64,000 nucleotides of DNA. Source: Octopus sinensis. Lineage: Eukaryota. The stretch spans positions 5,332,001 to 5,396,000 of the forward strand of contig NC_043020.1 of the NCBI RefSeq assembly GCF_006345805.1, in the 5' to 3' direction. The notes below the pieces were generated by a model. It ran no database searches. It was not told the DNA's origin and saw only the letters and a list, made by a program, of their open reading frames with translations. The position numbers and the translations under genes are program-made. Below are positions 1 through 15,200 of this stretch, in pieces; the stretch's first letter is position 1, and each line of letters opens with the position of its first letter.

Positions 1-264
1 GCATGTACACAACTTGTATAGATGACAAAAAAGCAGGAGTGGCTGTGTGGTAAGTAGCTTGCTTGCCAACCACATGTTTCCGGGCTCAGTCCCACTGCGT
101 GGCACCTTGGGCAAGTGTCTTCTATTATAGCCTAGGGCCGACCAAAGCCTTGTGAGTGGATTTGGTTGACGGAAACTGAAAGAAGCCTGTCGTATATATG
201 TATATATATGTGTGTTTGTGTGTCTGTGCTTGAACCTCCAACATCACTTGACAAACGATATTGG

Positions 265-323
<59 letters not shown>

Positions 324-937
324 CACATATACATATATACGATGGGCTTCTTTCAGTTTCCGTCTACCAAATCCACTCACAAGGCTTTGTTCGGCCTGAG
401 GCTATAGTAGAAGACAATTGCCCAAGGTGCCACACAGTGGGACTGAACCCAGAAGCATGCGGTTGGGAAGCAAGCACCTTACCATACAGTCATGCCTGCA
501 CCTATGTATGTATGTATGTATGTATGTATATATGTATGTGTATATATATATATATATATATCTCATCATCATCATCATTTAGCGTCCGTTTTCCATGCTA
601 GCATGGGTTGGACGGTTTAACTGGGGTCTGTGAAGCTGGAAGGCTTCATCAGGCCCAGTCAGATTTGGCAGTGTTTCTACGGCTGGATGCCCTTCCTAAC
701 GCCAACCACTCCGTGAGTGTAGTGGGTGCTTTTAAGCAGTGCCCCAGCATGGCTGCAGTTTAATGACTGAAACAAGCAAGACAAGACAAAAAAAAAATAG
801 CTCCATCTCTTTCTACCAGAGACAAATCAGATGCTGGTGACAGAGATGTTTCATTAAAAAAAAAACATTCCACAGAACTCATTGCAAGCATTCAAAGAAT
901 GAGAGGCAAGAAAAAGGATTTGAGAAGAAGCCGAGAC

Positions 938-1040
938 CTGTTTCGTTGCTGACGTAGATCTGTTCAAAGTCCTTCTCCATGAGCTTCTGTTTATTCTGTA
1001 AGTTCTCTTGGCGCTTGTAGGGAGGAAGGAACACCTGCTT
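938..1040 (-). CDS. CEP295: CEP295 exon KQVFLPPYKRQENLQNKQKLMEKDFEQIYVSNET
   Basis: Acceptor atttccag, phase 0; resembles LPYKR...ELEFAFEDMY; donor gtctcg is weak, so the end is uncertain. Confidence 0.75.
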
Positions 1041-4000
1041 CTGGAAATGCAATTCGAAATACGGAAAGGGAAAGATATTAAATTAAGTTATAAAATAACG
1101 CAGAGAAATGTTAGTTTCAAAATTTGGGATGCGGCGGTGGGGGGGGGGGCATAGGAGTGAATTACATCAACCTCCCCCCGACCCAGTATTAGACTGGTAC
1201 TTCATTTATTTACCCACCAAAAAAAAAAAAAAAAATCTTTTTTTCTGTAGAAGTTTCTCGACCTCAACGAAATTTGAACTCAGAATGTAAGGATGGATGG
1301 AATGTTGCTAAGCATTTCGTCCGGCATGCCAATAATTCTGCCAGATCACTGCCTTAAATTTTGGCACAAGGTCAGCAATTTTGAGGGGAGAGGGTAAGTT
1401 GATTACATCTACCCCCAGTGATCAACTGCTACCTATTTATATCAAATCCGACAAGGTGTAAAGAGGACCCTGGTGGAATAAGATTTTGAATGCAAAGATG
1501 GGCAAGAAAAATATTGATTTCTTCATTGCCCACAGGGTGGGGGCTAAACAAGGACAGGCAAAGGGATTAAGTCGATTACATCAACTGCAGTGCGTAACTG
1601 GTACTTATTTAATCGACTCCAAAAGGATGAAAGGCAAAGTCGACCTCTGCAGAATTTAAACTCAGAACGTAAAGACAGACAAAATGCCGTTAAGCATTTT
1701 GCCTGGCATGCTAATGTTTCTGCCAGCTCTCTGCCTTAATGTGGAAAAATATTAAAAATCAAAAATATTGATGGAAAATGTGTACGACAATTAACAGAAA
1801 GGATGAAACACAAACAGAATTTGAACTCATTTTAACAGCCAATATTATTTTTCCTATGCAGAGTCATTATGATTTCGGTGCATAGGAAAAATTGGTATCA
1901 GTTGCCTGAAAGAGTATCCACCAGACAAAGCGAAAACAAAGACAAGTCTTATGATTAAAAACACAAAGAAAGTTACCGAAAACGGGAAGGTGGGGTGGGT
2001 GAGAGAGAAAAGGGTCAAGTCTTAAATAACAGGATGGAGACATTAGAGGTGACACACCGACACAACAACAACAAACATACAGGATATAAAATGAAAGAGA
2101 GGAGGTGGGGTTTCAACTGGTGACAGAGACAAAAGATACTGCACCTCACGAAATGGTCAGACAACTCAGCTGATTCATGCGTTCATGAGTATGATGATGA
2201 TGATGATGGTGATGATGATGTAAATTATAGAATTGACCAATACCTTGTGAATGAAATCCGTTACACAAGAATTACATACAAACTCATTGTGGCCATAATA
2301 AAGCCTTGCTTTTTTTCGCTTCTTTCTTTTTCTATATTGCTGTAGTGTAATAGTGAGGGGAAGGAGAGGCAGAGGAAATGAGAGAGTTGGCCAGAGAGAA
2401 GAGGATGGAGAGGGTGAAAGACAAAGTGATGCTAGGAGAGGTGGAGTAGGCATGACAGAGAGAGAGAGAGAGAGAGAGGGAGGGAGGGATGAGAAGAGAA
2501 GAGTAAATTTCACTCACACACACACAAACACACAAATTATGTCATAGGTTAATTATGATGTAACAATGAATTTTGGACATTTCTTTTTTTTTTACCTTCA
2601 ATTCTGGTATTTTTGAGGAAAATCTATTTTCAATCAAAAACACACGCAAACACACGTCACACATACATACACACCAAACACTGAATTATATCATCGTTTA
2701 ATGTCCGCTTTCCATGCTGGCATGGGTTGGACGATTTTGACTGAGGACTGGCGAACCAGATGGCTGCACCAGGCTCCAATCTTGATCTGGCAGAGTTTCT
2801 ACAGCTGGATGCCCTTCCTAACGCCAACCACTCCAGTGTCATGTGAAAAGCACTTGTGCTGGTGCCACATAAACCCCCCCCCAAAAAAAACCCAAATCAA
2901 ACAGCTGTGCTGGTGCCAGGTAAAAAGTACCCGGTACACTCTGTAAAGTGGTTGGCATTAGGAAGGGCATCCAGCTGCAGAAACTAAGCTAGAACAGGTA
3001 AGTAGAGTCTGGCGCAGTTCTTTGGCTTGCCTTCTCTAGTTAAAACCATCCAACCCATGCCAGCATTGAAAACAGAAATATGATGATGATGATGAGGAAG
3101 AGTGTGTAATCTCTCTATATATAAACAGCAAAATGTCTGTCTGTGTGTCCTTTATATAAATCCACAATTTTTCAGTTAGAGGGCTCGCACTTTCTATGGT
3201 CATTCAAAACCGTCCAAGGGTGGTCGTGCACATCTTTACATTTCCCCAGTCACCCCACAAATCTCTATATATATAAATGGCAAAATGTCTGTCTGTGTGT
3301 GTGTCCTTTATACAAATCCACAATTTTTCAGTTAGAGGGCTCGCACTTTCTATGGTCATTCAAAACCGTCCAAGGGTGGTCGTGCACATCTTTACATTTC
3401 CCCTGTCACCCCGCAAAGCTATTACAAAAAATCAATAGAAGTGACTTTTTTGCGAATTTTCTATCCAAAACCCAATCAAAATGCCCGAAACTTGATACGC
3501 CAATTGAATGCCAGCTAGCTGTATGTGACTGGTCGTAGATTTGGACAGTACTCGCGTGTATGTGTGCACGCACGCAGCTGTACACGCATGCACTAGCACT
3601 ATGACCTGGTGTTGCCGGGTCATAGTGCTAGTACTCTTTTACTCTTTTACTTGTTTCAGTCATTTGACTGCAGCCATGCTGGAGCACCGCTTTTAGTCGA
3701 GCAAATCGACCCTGGGACTTATTCTTTGTAAGCCCAGTACTTATTCTATCGGTGTCTTTTGCCGAACCGCTAAGTGACGGGGACGTAAACACACCAGCAT
3801 CGGTTGTCAGGCAATGCTAGGGGGACAAACACAACAACAAAAACATATACACACACACTTATATATATATACATATATACGACAGGCTTCTTTTCAGTTT
3901 CCGTCTACCAAATCCACTCACAAGGCATTGGTCGGCCCGGGGCTATAGCAGGAGACACTTGCCCAAGGTTCCACGCAGTGGGACTGAACCCGGAACCATG

Positions 4001-5433
4001 TGGTTGGTTAGCAAGCTACTTACCACACAGCCACTCCTGCACCTATGTAGATGATAAAATACCAATAATGTAAATGAAAAAATTGAAACTTACAGGAATT
4101 TTCGCCAAATTCTTCTGTCTCTGCCTGGTCTGCTTCTTCTGAATGAAGCTGATCTCCTTCATCATCATTTTACTATCCTGGAATGGAAAAAGGAAGAGAC
4201 AACAAGTCAAAGTTGGCTTTACACAACTGTAGCAGTTTGGTACAATTACGCAGATATTCAAGAATAATAAACCTTTCAAACCCACACAGTAAAAGACAGC
4301 ACAGCAAGTTTACAGATAAAGGTTCATCTACTCAATTAGGGAGCTGAGTGATGAGGTAGATTTTCATTAAGAGGGACCAATAACGGAGTATCTATGTAAC
4401 TGCATGACCAGAAAATTAGGGGTTATTGAATACCCTATATTATGATAGGGTATTCTATAAAAACTCTGTTGTATTCAGGGTACTGCATAAAAACTATTGC
4501 ATAAAGGCTCTATAAGAGCCTTTTACGGTTAATTCACCTACTAGAAATAACAACCAAATCTCCATAAAGCACACACTTTAAATCTTAACCCTTTCGTTAC
4601 CAACCCGGCTGAAACCGGCTCTGTGGTACAAATGTCTTGTTTGCAAAAGTTCTAAATTAAAATCTTCCACCAAACCTTAGTCACAATTTATGTTCCTAAC
4701 ACTAGCTTAATGATAACGAAGTTATTTTACTAAATTCTTTGTTGTAATTCAAAGTAATTGAAAGAAACACAGAACATCTCAACAGAAATACAGTAATGAA
4801 AGGGTTAAGAGAGGAAGATCAAATCGAATAATGTAGTCCTTGATACATAAGGTTCACCACATGGTCCAGTCCTTGTTGTGGTGTGAAGGCTTGTATGGAT
4901 TAATGACCCTAAGAGCTATGCTAGCAGAGTGTAAGCACTTGATAGGCTCTCCTATGCTGGACAGGTCAAAGGATGGAGGTTAGACTAAAATGGATCACCT
5001 CTTCTCAGTGTAGAACCAACAACACTACTTGGAAAAATGTCAAGTTATAGAAGCATCGATGATAACTGAAAACCAACAAGACCTGGGAGAGGATGACCTT
5101 CACTCGGGGAATCTTGACATGGGACAGTAAACTCCGAAAGGAAGTTACAAGGCCAACTCCCCATCTGATGATGAGAAGAAATGCCAAAGTTGCCATACAG
5201 AGGACCTGTAGCAGAATGGATTGAGGTCAGATGCCAATGGAAGAACAGATCCTGAAGCACAAGTGGGATGGGATGGGCCACACCTCAAGGAAACCAAGAT
5301 CCTGCATTACACATAAGGTCTGGACTTGGAACCCACAAGCGAGGCAGAAGAGAGGATAACTGAAGAGATGGCGGTGTGGTTTTCCACCTCGGCGTTTTAT
5401 CATGGCTACCGAATAATTGTCACAGATAAATTC

Positions 5434-5469
<36 letters not shown>

Positions 5470-8400
5470 CAGTGGAGTGCTGAAACATTCCTGGCTTTGA
5501 GTAAAAGCAAATACAGGAGGATCGGTTAATTATGGTTTTATTCAACATATTCCCCTTTCAGGTTCATACATTCTCACTGCAGTAGTCCTTCAGTTTTTCT
5601 AAGCCCTGTAGAAGAACTTGGAATGTTGGGCCTCCAACCAGGCCTTTCGTGACACTCTTAAAGCCAGGAACTTTCCAGCAAGCTCTCATAAATATATACA
5701 CACACACACGCTGGGCTTCTTTCAGTTTCCATCATCCAAACTTACTCATAATGCTATTGGAGAAAACACTTTCAATTTTAACTACCAGTCAATATGCGTA
5801 GGAGTGGCAGTGTGGTAAGTAGCTTGCTTACCAGCCATATGGTTCCAGGTTCAGTCCCACTGCGTGGCACCTTGGGCAGGTGTCTTCTACTATAGCCTCA
5901 GGCCGACCAAAGCCTTGAGTGGATTTGGTAGACGGAAACTGAAAGAAGCCTGTCGTATATGTATATGTGTGTGTGTGTGTGTTTGTGTTTGTCCCCACCA
6001 ACATCGGTTATCAACCGATGGTGGTGTGTTTACGTCCCCGTAACTTAGTGGTTCGGCAAAAGAGACCGATAGAATAAGTACTAGGCTTACAAAGAATAAG
6101 TCCTGGGGTCGATTTGCTCGGCTAAAGGCGGTGCTCCAGCATGGCCACAGTCAAAATGACTGAAACAAGTACAAGAGTAAAAGAGTCTATCTTTTGTTGA
6201 GAAATGTCATATTAGAAACCAAATTCTTTGTTTCAAGATATTCCACGTTTATCGAGGCAATTCCAGTTTTTGGTAGATATTTAACATCATTACAGGAATA
6301 ACCAACACTAGGCATCCTCTAAGATACGAACCCGTATGCTGCGACATTCTGTCTGCTCTTTTCACCTGATATAAAAAGTTTTGAACTTTCTATTCCAAGG
6401 GAGACAACTTCAACCCCTTTCAGATTTCAAATCTAAGGGAGACGACTTAATCCTTTGCTATTCCTGTAGTTTTTGTAACCTTCGTTACTAAATTTGGTGA
6501 TCTGTTTTTTTCTGGAGTTTTCTTTTTTTGTCAACACCTTGAAAAATGGCCGCTAATCATTCTTTGAGGACAAGAGTATTTTAAGGGCCCCAGAAAAAAT
6601 TTTTGCGTTAGGATCTGTGTATTGGTATGTATTGCAAGAAACATCTAAGTTTCTTTCTTTAACATTCTACCTACATAGACCAACCTATACACAATTTGAT
6701 GTGTGAAAACATTATACATCGAAGAGGCCATGGAACAGAAGAAAAAAGACATGCACCCAACACCAGAGCTGAAGACACCACCGAAAGGGTGGGGGCCCCG
6801 CCACGTCAAAACGGTAGAGGAGTAGGGGCCGAAACTGGATGTGTTTCCTCCTGATGATGTCTTGAGCTAACTGGATCCTATAAAGGAACTGTTGTGGTAG
6901 CAGACCACGAAACATGGTTGTAATTCCTCCATTCTATAAAACTAGTTTTTAAACAATGAATGGCTAACGGTTGAAAACGCCTGATTTGGTCAATGAATTA
7001 ATGGTAGATAAAAGTTTGGAGATGATAACCAGAGTGGTATTTGAGGGGCAGTCCCGAAGTTTTGAAACTTTTTTAAGAGAAGTAGTTATAACTGTCTTAG
7101 ATTATTGTAATTTTAGTATGTCAGTGTGGAGGCGCAATGGCCCAGTGGTTAGGGCAGTGGACTCACGGTCGTATGATTGCAGTTTCGATTCTCACACCAG
7201 GCGTTGTGTTTATTGAGTGAAAACGCCCAAAGTCCCAGGAGATATGGTGAACCCTGCTGTACTCTTTTACCACAACTTTCTCTCACTCTTTCTGTTTCTG
7301 TTGTACCTGTATTTCAAAGGGACCAGCCTTGTCACACTCTGTGTCACGCTGAATCTTCCCGAGAACTACGTCAAGGGTACGCGTGTCTGTGGAGTGCTCA
7401 GCCACTTGTATGTTAATTTTACGAGCAGGCTGCTCCATTGATCGGATCAACTGGAACCCCCACCATCGTAACCGATGGAGTGCCACGAGTATATCACTAC
7501 TGTGCTTCTAATAAGCTGACCTGCCACCTTTTGTTATTCTAGTAAACGACTGTAACAGCACTTTGAACACATCCTACTAAACACTGTTTGTGGCATCTGA
7601 CTAGTTTTGCAGAATGCTGTCCGGACATGAAGACAATATGGAAGATCACTCTGCAATAAAGTTTCCATTGTTAAACTGGGCAAAAATACGATACAAAAAC
7701 TTATGAAATATTCCAGACTACGGATCTTTTCGGTTTGACCGGCAGCTTTTAAAAATAATTTCCACGTAACTAAACACTTTTAAACTTCGTATACTGGTAG
7801 AATGTGTTTATAAAACATCTTTTTCTCTTGGCTTTATTGAGAAGATTCTATAGTTTGTAAAATATTCGTTGTTTTTTTTTCTTCAATTTCTGCAATTTCA
7901 ACCAATCACTGACGACAATTGGTGTTGGTTTGTTTATGTCCCCATGACATAGTTGCCTGGCAAAAGTGACTGATAGAGAACACGTACCAGATTTTACAAA
8001 AAAAAAAAAAAGTCCTGGGGTCAATTTGTTCGACTAAACCCTTCAAGGTAGTGCCCCATGATGGTCGCAGTCCAATGACTAAAACAAGAACAGGAAATTT
8101 TGAACTAAGAATCACCAACTTACCCTATTGAGCAATTCTATTTGTAAGGCTTTTTGGTAACGTTCCTTCTGAATATGTTCCTGTTTCTCTGAGGTCTGCT
8201 TTATTTGTCGTTGTTGTTCTTGGAGAAGTAAATCTTGAGCTTGGGCCGCAAGGTAACCGTCTTTCACCTGAAATGAAGAGAGTTGGGGTTTCATTGACTT
8301 TTCGCAGGTGCTACAATTTCTATGGAGGGTTAAGCCGGCAAGCTGGTAGAATCGTTAGCACGCCGAGTGAAATGCTTAGCGGTATTTCATCTGCCGTTAC

Positions 8401-11400
8401 GTTCTGAGTTCAAATTCCGCCATGGAAAATGGATGTTAAATGATGATGACGTGCTGTCAACACAAGGAGACACATGCATTCACATAATCTTATTAAAAGG
8501 GGAAGAGCATGGGTGAATGATAATGATTTCCTTACCGATTTCTTGTCATGTTTTTCCACGACCGGAGGAGATGGATAAGAAATTCGGGAATGCGGGGCAG
8601 TGGTCTTGTTCTTTTTTGCAGGAACCGCTGAAGCGAAGCAGAACATGAAGAAATTATGCCAATCAATATCAAACAAAGGAAAATTAAAAGTGCACAAACA
8701 GCTCAAAACATTCACACACACATACATACATACAGGCCTAGACACATGCATACATACCAAGGCACACACAGCCATAGACACACACAAACACACACCCATA
8801 CAAAGACACACACACAAAGTTGTAAACTGTTTGTTATTGCAATTAAAAGCTCGAATTAAAAGCTCTGCATACCCGAGGCACCAGTAGGTTTCAGGGGTTA
8901 TCAAAAGAGAATGTGCAGTATTTGAGGGCCTTTCTCTTGGACAGCTTTACTGCACACCAGCTCCTCCCTTACCGATTTAAGGCATTGCTTACGGGATCAA
9001 CTGACTACTATCCAGTTTTAAGTCTTTCCCCTTAGGGGTCATCAGCACTGTTCAAATCATGGGGTCGTGCTGGTTTGACTTGCCACACACACCACCAGGC
9101 AACTGCTTCACACTCACACAGGTATTAATAATTGTTTCATTAGGCATGGCCGTGTGGTATGAAACTTGCTTCCCAACCACATTGTTCCAGGTTCAGTCCC
9201 ACTGCATTGCACCTTGGACAAAAGTCTTCTAGTATAGCCTCGGGTCAACCAAAGCCTTGCGAGTGGATTTGGTAGGTGGAAACTGAAAGAAGCCTGTTGT
9301 GTGTGTGTGGCTACTTGTGTCTATGTTTGTCTCCCACCACTGCCTGACAACTGGTATTGGTATGGCAGAAACGTTAGCACACCGGGCGAAATGCTTAGCC
9401 GTATTTCGTCTGCCGCTACGTTCTGAGTTCAAATTCCGCCGAGGTCAACTTTGCCTTTCATCCTTTCAGGGTCGATTAAATAAGTACCGGTTACGCACTG
9501 GGATCGATGTAATCGACTTAATTCATTTGTCTGTCCTTGTTCGTCCCCTCTGTGTTTAGCCCCTTGTGGGTAGTAAAGAAATAGGTATTGGTGTGTTTAA
9601 CCCCCTGTAACTTAGCAGTTTGGCAAAAAAGACAAACAGAATAAGTACCAGGCTTTAGAAAGAGGGAAAAAAATAAGTCCTGGTGTTGATTTATTCAACT
9701 AAAATAATTCTTCAAGGCAGCACTCCAGCATGGCCACAGTCTAATGATTGAACCAAGCCAAAGATAAAAGACCCAAGGTTATCAGTCTTTCATTGTTACC
9801 ATTTCGCAGCATCCCCCCCTGCACTTGTTTTCCTGGTCTTTTAATCATTCAGGGGATTCTACTTGTGCAACAAAAAAAACGTCTAAGAAATTGCAAACAA
9901 GTTCTGCAAACGTTAAAACCCAGAAATGTCACAGAGAAGAAATTCTTTACTTACTCAATTGCTTGACTTCTTCAAAAATGTTTTTCTCTGGCTGAGGCAA
10001 TGATGCTATCTTCATTGCTCGCGCCTTCTCCGTTTCCAAAGCTGCTTTCCTGAGGAGAAGAAAAAAACATTGGTTGTGAAAACGGAATGGTAATTGCAAA
10101 ACAAGAATTATTCACTTGGGTTTCCTAAAAAGTGGCAAGCTGCCAGAATTCTTAGGACGTGGAACTATCTCAAGTGGACTGTCTCTCCTCTCTTGGATAA
10201 CTATAAAAAAAAAGAAAAGACACACACACACAAAAAGCAGTGAATTCATCTATCATCATTTAACTTCTCTTTTTCCATGCTGGCATGGGTTGGATGAGTT
10301 GAAGAGACAAGCGAGAGGGCTCAGGTAAGTTCTTTGTTTGAATTAAGAAAACAGGTACGTGGTTTCCTTTATGTCAACATAGTATCGTATCATTACCAGC
10401 GTTGCCTTACTGGCACTTGTGCCAGTGACATGTGAAAAACATTTGATCAAGGTCGTTGCCAGTACCACTAGATGAACTCCTGTGTAGGTGGCATGTAAAA
10501 AACACCACTTGAGCGTGGCCGTTGCTAGTACTGCCTGACTGGCTCTTGTGCCGGTGGCACGTAAAAAGCACCCACTACACTCTCAGAATGGTTGGCGTTA
10601 GGAAGGGCATCCAGCTGTAGAAACTCTGCCAGATCAGATTGGAGCTTGGTGCAGCCATCTGGTTCACCAGCACCCAGTCAAATCGGCCAACCCATGCTAG
10701 CATGGAAAGCGGACGTTAAACGATGATGATGATTATTGCCTTCCATATAAACAAGAACCCCCCAACCGGTATGCTGTGGCACACTGGTGTGCCACAAGAG
10801 GAATACTATGTGTGACGCAGTGTAACCCGAATATAAAATTTTCCACTATACTTTTAGTTATATTTTTAGTTCAGGTGTGCTACCAAATTTTGGAAAGAAT
10901 GTAAGTGTACTGCATGTAAGAAAAAAAAAAAGAAGGTTGCCGAACACCGATGAGCTGGCAGAAACGTTAGCACGCTGGGCGAAGTGCGTAGCTGTATTTC
11001 ATCTGCCGTTACGTTCTGAGTTCAAATTTCACCGAGGTTGACTTTGCCTTCTATCCTTTCGGGGTCATTTAAATAAGTACCAATTACGCACTGGGATCAA
11101 TATAATCGACTTAATCCGTTTGTCTGTCCTTGTTTGACCCTTCTGTGTTTAGCCCCTTGTGGGCAATAAAAAAATAGGTATAAACTAGCAAGCGGTCAAT
11201 AGGATTGAAGGGAAATAATTCATGCCGAAAAGACTGTCAACACATCGCAATTTTGTCTATCTATCTATCTGCAATTATTCAAGCACGCAGTAAACAAAAG
11301 ATAGACAGTAGAGACACTTGAGTCAGTGATTAAAATCTATTTACCCGCCAACCTGCATCACCACCGGATAAGTTACCTCTACAACAAACGAAATTGATGA

Positions 11401-12223
11401 GACAACACTCGTAACATCAAAACAAAATGTTACGAGCACAATGGTGCAGTCGTCAGTCAAACCGTCCAACCCATGCTAGCATGGAAAGCGGATGTTAAAC
11501 AATGATGATGATGATGATTATCGCCTTCCATATAAACCAGAACCCAGCAACCGGTATGCTGTGGCACACTGCTGTGCCACGAGACGATGCTATGTGTGGC
11601 GCAGTGTAACCTGAATATAAATTTTTTCCGCTATACTTTTAGTTATATTTTTAGTTCAGGTGTGCCACCAAATTTTGAAAAGAATGTAAGTGTACTCCAG
11701 GTAAAAAAAAAAAAAAGAAAAAAAAAAGGTAAAAGCACCATCCGTTCGTGGCCGTTTGCCAGCTCCATCTGGCACCTGTGCGGGTGGCACGTAAAAAGCA
11801 CCCACTACACTCACGGAGTGGTTGGCGTTAGGATGGGCATCCAGCCGTAGAAACACTGCCAGATCAGACTGGGCCTGATGCAGCCTTCTGGCTTCACAGA
11901 CCACAGTTGAACCGTCCAACCCATGCTAGCATGGAAAGCGGACGCTAAATGGTGATGATGATGATGATGATGACAATAGTTATTCAGACAGTGAAGCCGT
12001 TTACCTAGAAATGATGTGTTTGTTTTCTCGCACGTATTTTGTGACCTTGTCTTCGTGCAGCTTCGACAGAGCCACATTGTGGCGGAGTTTAACATCCTTC
12101 TTGTAACGCTTCATCATGCGCCGTTTTGCAATATCAGGATCGTCCTAGAAGAGATCGTCAAGAAAAATATTTAATGATGTACAGAAATACAGATGTTTGG
12201 GTGTGTTAGTATATTTGTATACA

Positions 12224-12266
<43 letters not shown>

Positions 12267-15200
12267 TGATCATAATTTAATACCCACTTTCCTGAACTTG
12301 CCTGGGCCAGACAATTTTGTCGGGGAATATTTTCTATGGCCAGGTGCCCTTTCTATTGTTTATGTGTGTGTATGTATATAGATGTATGTATGTGTGTGTA
12401 TATTCTTTTACTCTTTTACTTGTTTCAGTCATTTGACTGCGGCCATGCTGGAGCACCACCTTTAGTCAAGCAAATCGACCCCAGGACTTATTCTTTGTAA
12501 GCCTAGTACTTATTCTATCGGTCTCTTTTGCAGAACTGCTAAGTTACGGGGACGTAAACACACCAGCATCGGTTGTCAAGTGATGTTAATGGGGGACAAA
12601 CACAGACACACAAACATATACACACATATATATATACACGACGGGCTTCTTTCAGTTTCTGTCTACTAAATCCACACACAAGGATTTGGTTGGCTCGAGG
12701 CTATAGTAGAAGACACTTGCCCAAGGTGCCATGCAGTGGGAATGAACCTGGAACCATATGGTTGGTAAGCAAGCTACTTACCACACAGCCACATGTATGC
12801 ATGTGTGTATATATATGTATGTATATTTTACAGCAAAGTCAGTTCTCTGGGAGTGTATGAAACCCAGATAATAGACACACACAAACACATACATACAAGC
12901 TGTATAGTTTATTTGCAATCTTCCAGGGAAACATGTCAGGCCATTGTGCTGTGTGTGTTTGAAAGACAAGGGGGAAAAATATCCCCATGCTTGAAAACAA
13001 ACGAGGATTGGCAACAGGAAGAGTAATTGGCCACAGGAAATCTCCCTCTATGAATCTTCTTGGATCTCTGACCCACCCAAGCACTGGAAAATGGATAAAA
13101 GAAAACTGGGTCACCATGGGAGGTTATTGAGATTCGTGAAGTGAAGATTTGCCACGGGTTTTGATGGATTTTAAGAGAATGTTTCGTCAACAGGGAAGAG
13201 GTGGGGGTTTAATAATAAAAAAAATAATAAAAGAAGGAACCAAATTAAATGGGGAAAAAAATGAACTTACTTTCTGCGCCGCCAACCGTTGGGCATGACC
13301 AATGTTGCTAATGCTTTGCCTGTAACATTCCGTTAGTTCTGCGATCTTCTCAGACTTTTCCTTGTTTAAATCCTCCTTGGAAACACAATAATAAAAAGAG
13401 ATGAGCAGGTTGTGGAAGACGCAATGAAAATTTTAGGGAAATAAAAATAAGAAAAAAGTGGAAATTTTACCGGTGAGTGTGTTACATTATAAGGCACAAA
13501 AAGAAAATGACTCTCCCCAGACACAACAGAATATGCTTCAACACACGAACTCGTATAAGGAATCTTGCAAACCAAATCCAAAATAAAAGGTTGTAGAAAA
13601 TTAATCTTTAAGCATTTAAACTGGCCATATCCAGTTTTATTCTACTTGTTTTATGTCTGAGCCAGCCAGATCAGGCTTCTCACACCTACCCTACAATGTC
13701 ATTCTCAAACTAAAATGCAGCAACAAAATCTTGAAGCTATGGGATAAACTCGAATTAATTTCAAACAATCATCATCAACATTTAACATCCATTTTCCATG
13801 CTAGCATGGGTTGGACGGTTCGACCGGGGTCTGGGAAGCCAGGAGGCTGCAGCAGGCACCAGTCTGATCTGGCAATGTTTCTACAGCTGGATGCCCTTCC
13901 TAATGCCAACCACTCCGTGAGTGTAGTGGGTGTATTTTACATGCCACCAGCACAGGTGCCAGGAGAGGCTGGTAATGGCCACAATCGGTTAGTGCTTTTT
14001 ACATGGCACGGAAGGCAGTCAAGGCGGTGCTGGCATCGGCCATGTTCGGATGGTGCTTTTTACGTGCCACCGGCACAGGTATCACAACTACAATTTCCAT
14101 TTGATTTTGATGTACTTGACTCAATGGTTCTCCTCAAGCACAGTGTGTATATATATATATCATCATCAACCTTTAACATCTGCTTTCCATGCTAGCTTGA
14201 GTTGAACGATTTAACTGAGGACTGGCGAACGAGATGGCTGCGCCAGGCTCCAATCTGATCTGATGTGGATGAATAAACATTATATTTAACTATTATATGC
14301 TTAATTTTAGTAATTGGTGCCAGTGCTGGTGGCACATAAAAAGCACCATTCGAGCGTGGCTGATGCCAGTACCGCCTGACTGGCTCTCATGTCGGTGGCA
14401 CGTAAAAAACACCCACTACACTCTCGGAGTGGTTGGCGTTAGGAATGGCATCCAGCTGTAGAAACTCTGCCAGATCAGACTGGAGACTGGTGTAGCCTCC
14501 TGGCTTGCCAGACCCCAGTCAAACCATCCAACCCATGCCAGCATGGGAAGCGGATGTTAAAGTACCATGATGATGATGATGAGTTCCTAATATTTTAATT
14601 ATAAAAATTCTAATAGGATTTTTTAAGACATCAAATGGCTTTGGGGATCCGGTAAAATAAAATATGATGAAAGGTATCCATGGGTAAAAAAAAAAAATGG
14701 TTTAGAATCGCTGATGAAGATGAAAAAAGGTAACTTACATTAATGGTATTGAATAATTTATTCAGTTCTTTGACTTTAGTTTTGGTTACAGCTTTTCTCA
14801 CTTTTGCTGCGTTGGTTTTGGAAATTTCCCGAACCTAAAATTCAACAATGCACATCCATTCCGTTTTAAAATTTCAAAAAAATAAGAAAAACAAAAAATG
14901 AATTGAAATCAAAAATGGAGTAAACCAACAATTCAAAAATGTTGATTTAGTCCCAAAGTTTTTCTGGGTAAATTTGAAGTTTAAACCTTTCATTACTGTA
15001 TTTATGTTGAGATGCTCTGTGTTTCATTCAATTATTTTAAAATATAACAAAGAATTTTGTAAAATAACTTAGTTATCATTAAACTAGTGTTAGGAACATA
15101 AATTGTGAACAAGGTTTGGTGGAAGATTTTAATTCAGAACTTATGAAAACAAGGCATTTGTACTGCAGAGCCAGAGGCGGTTTCAGCCAGGTTGGTATTA

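Noticed and set aside
817-833. Possible 17-nt CEP295 micro-exon (ASDLSL) after exon 938-1040
   Set aside because: Phase fits but the splice signals are weak and the downstream exon is outside the window; unsupported.
2134-2145. 11-nt complement to the U2 snRNA branch-recognition region (human CEP295 hosts SCARNA9)
   Set aside because: Wrong strand for the host gene and no C/D boxes in register; likely chance.
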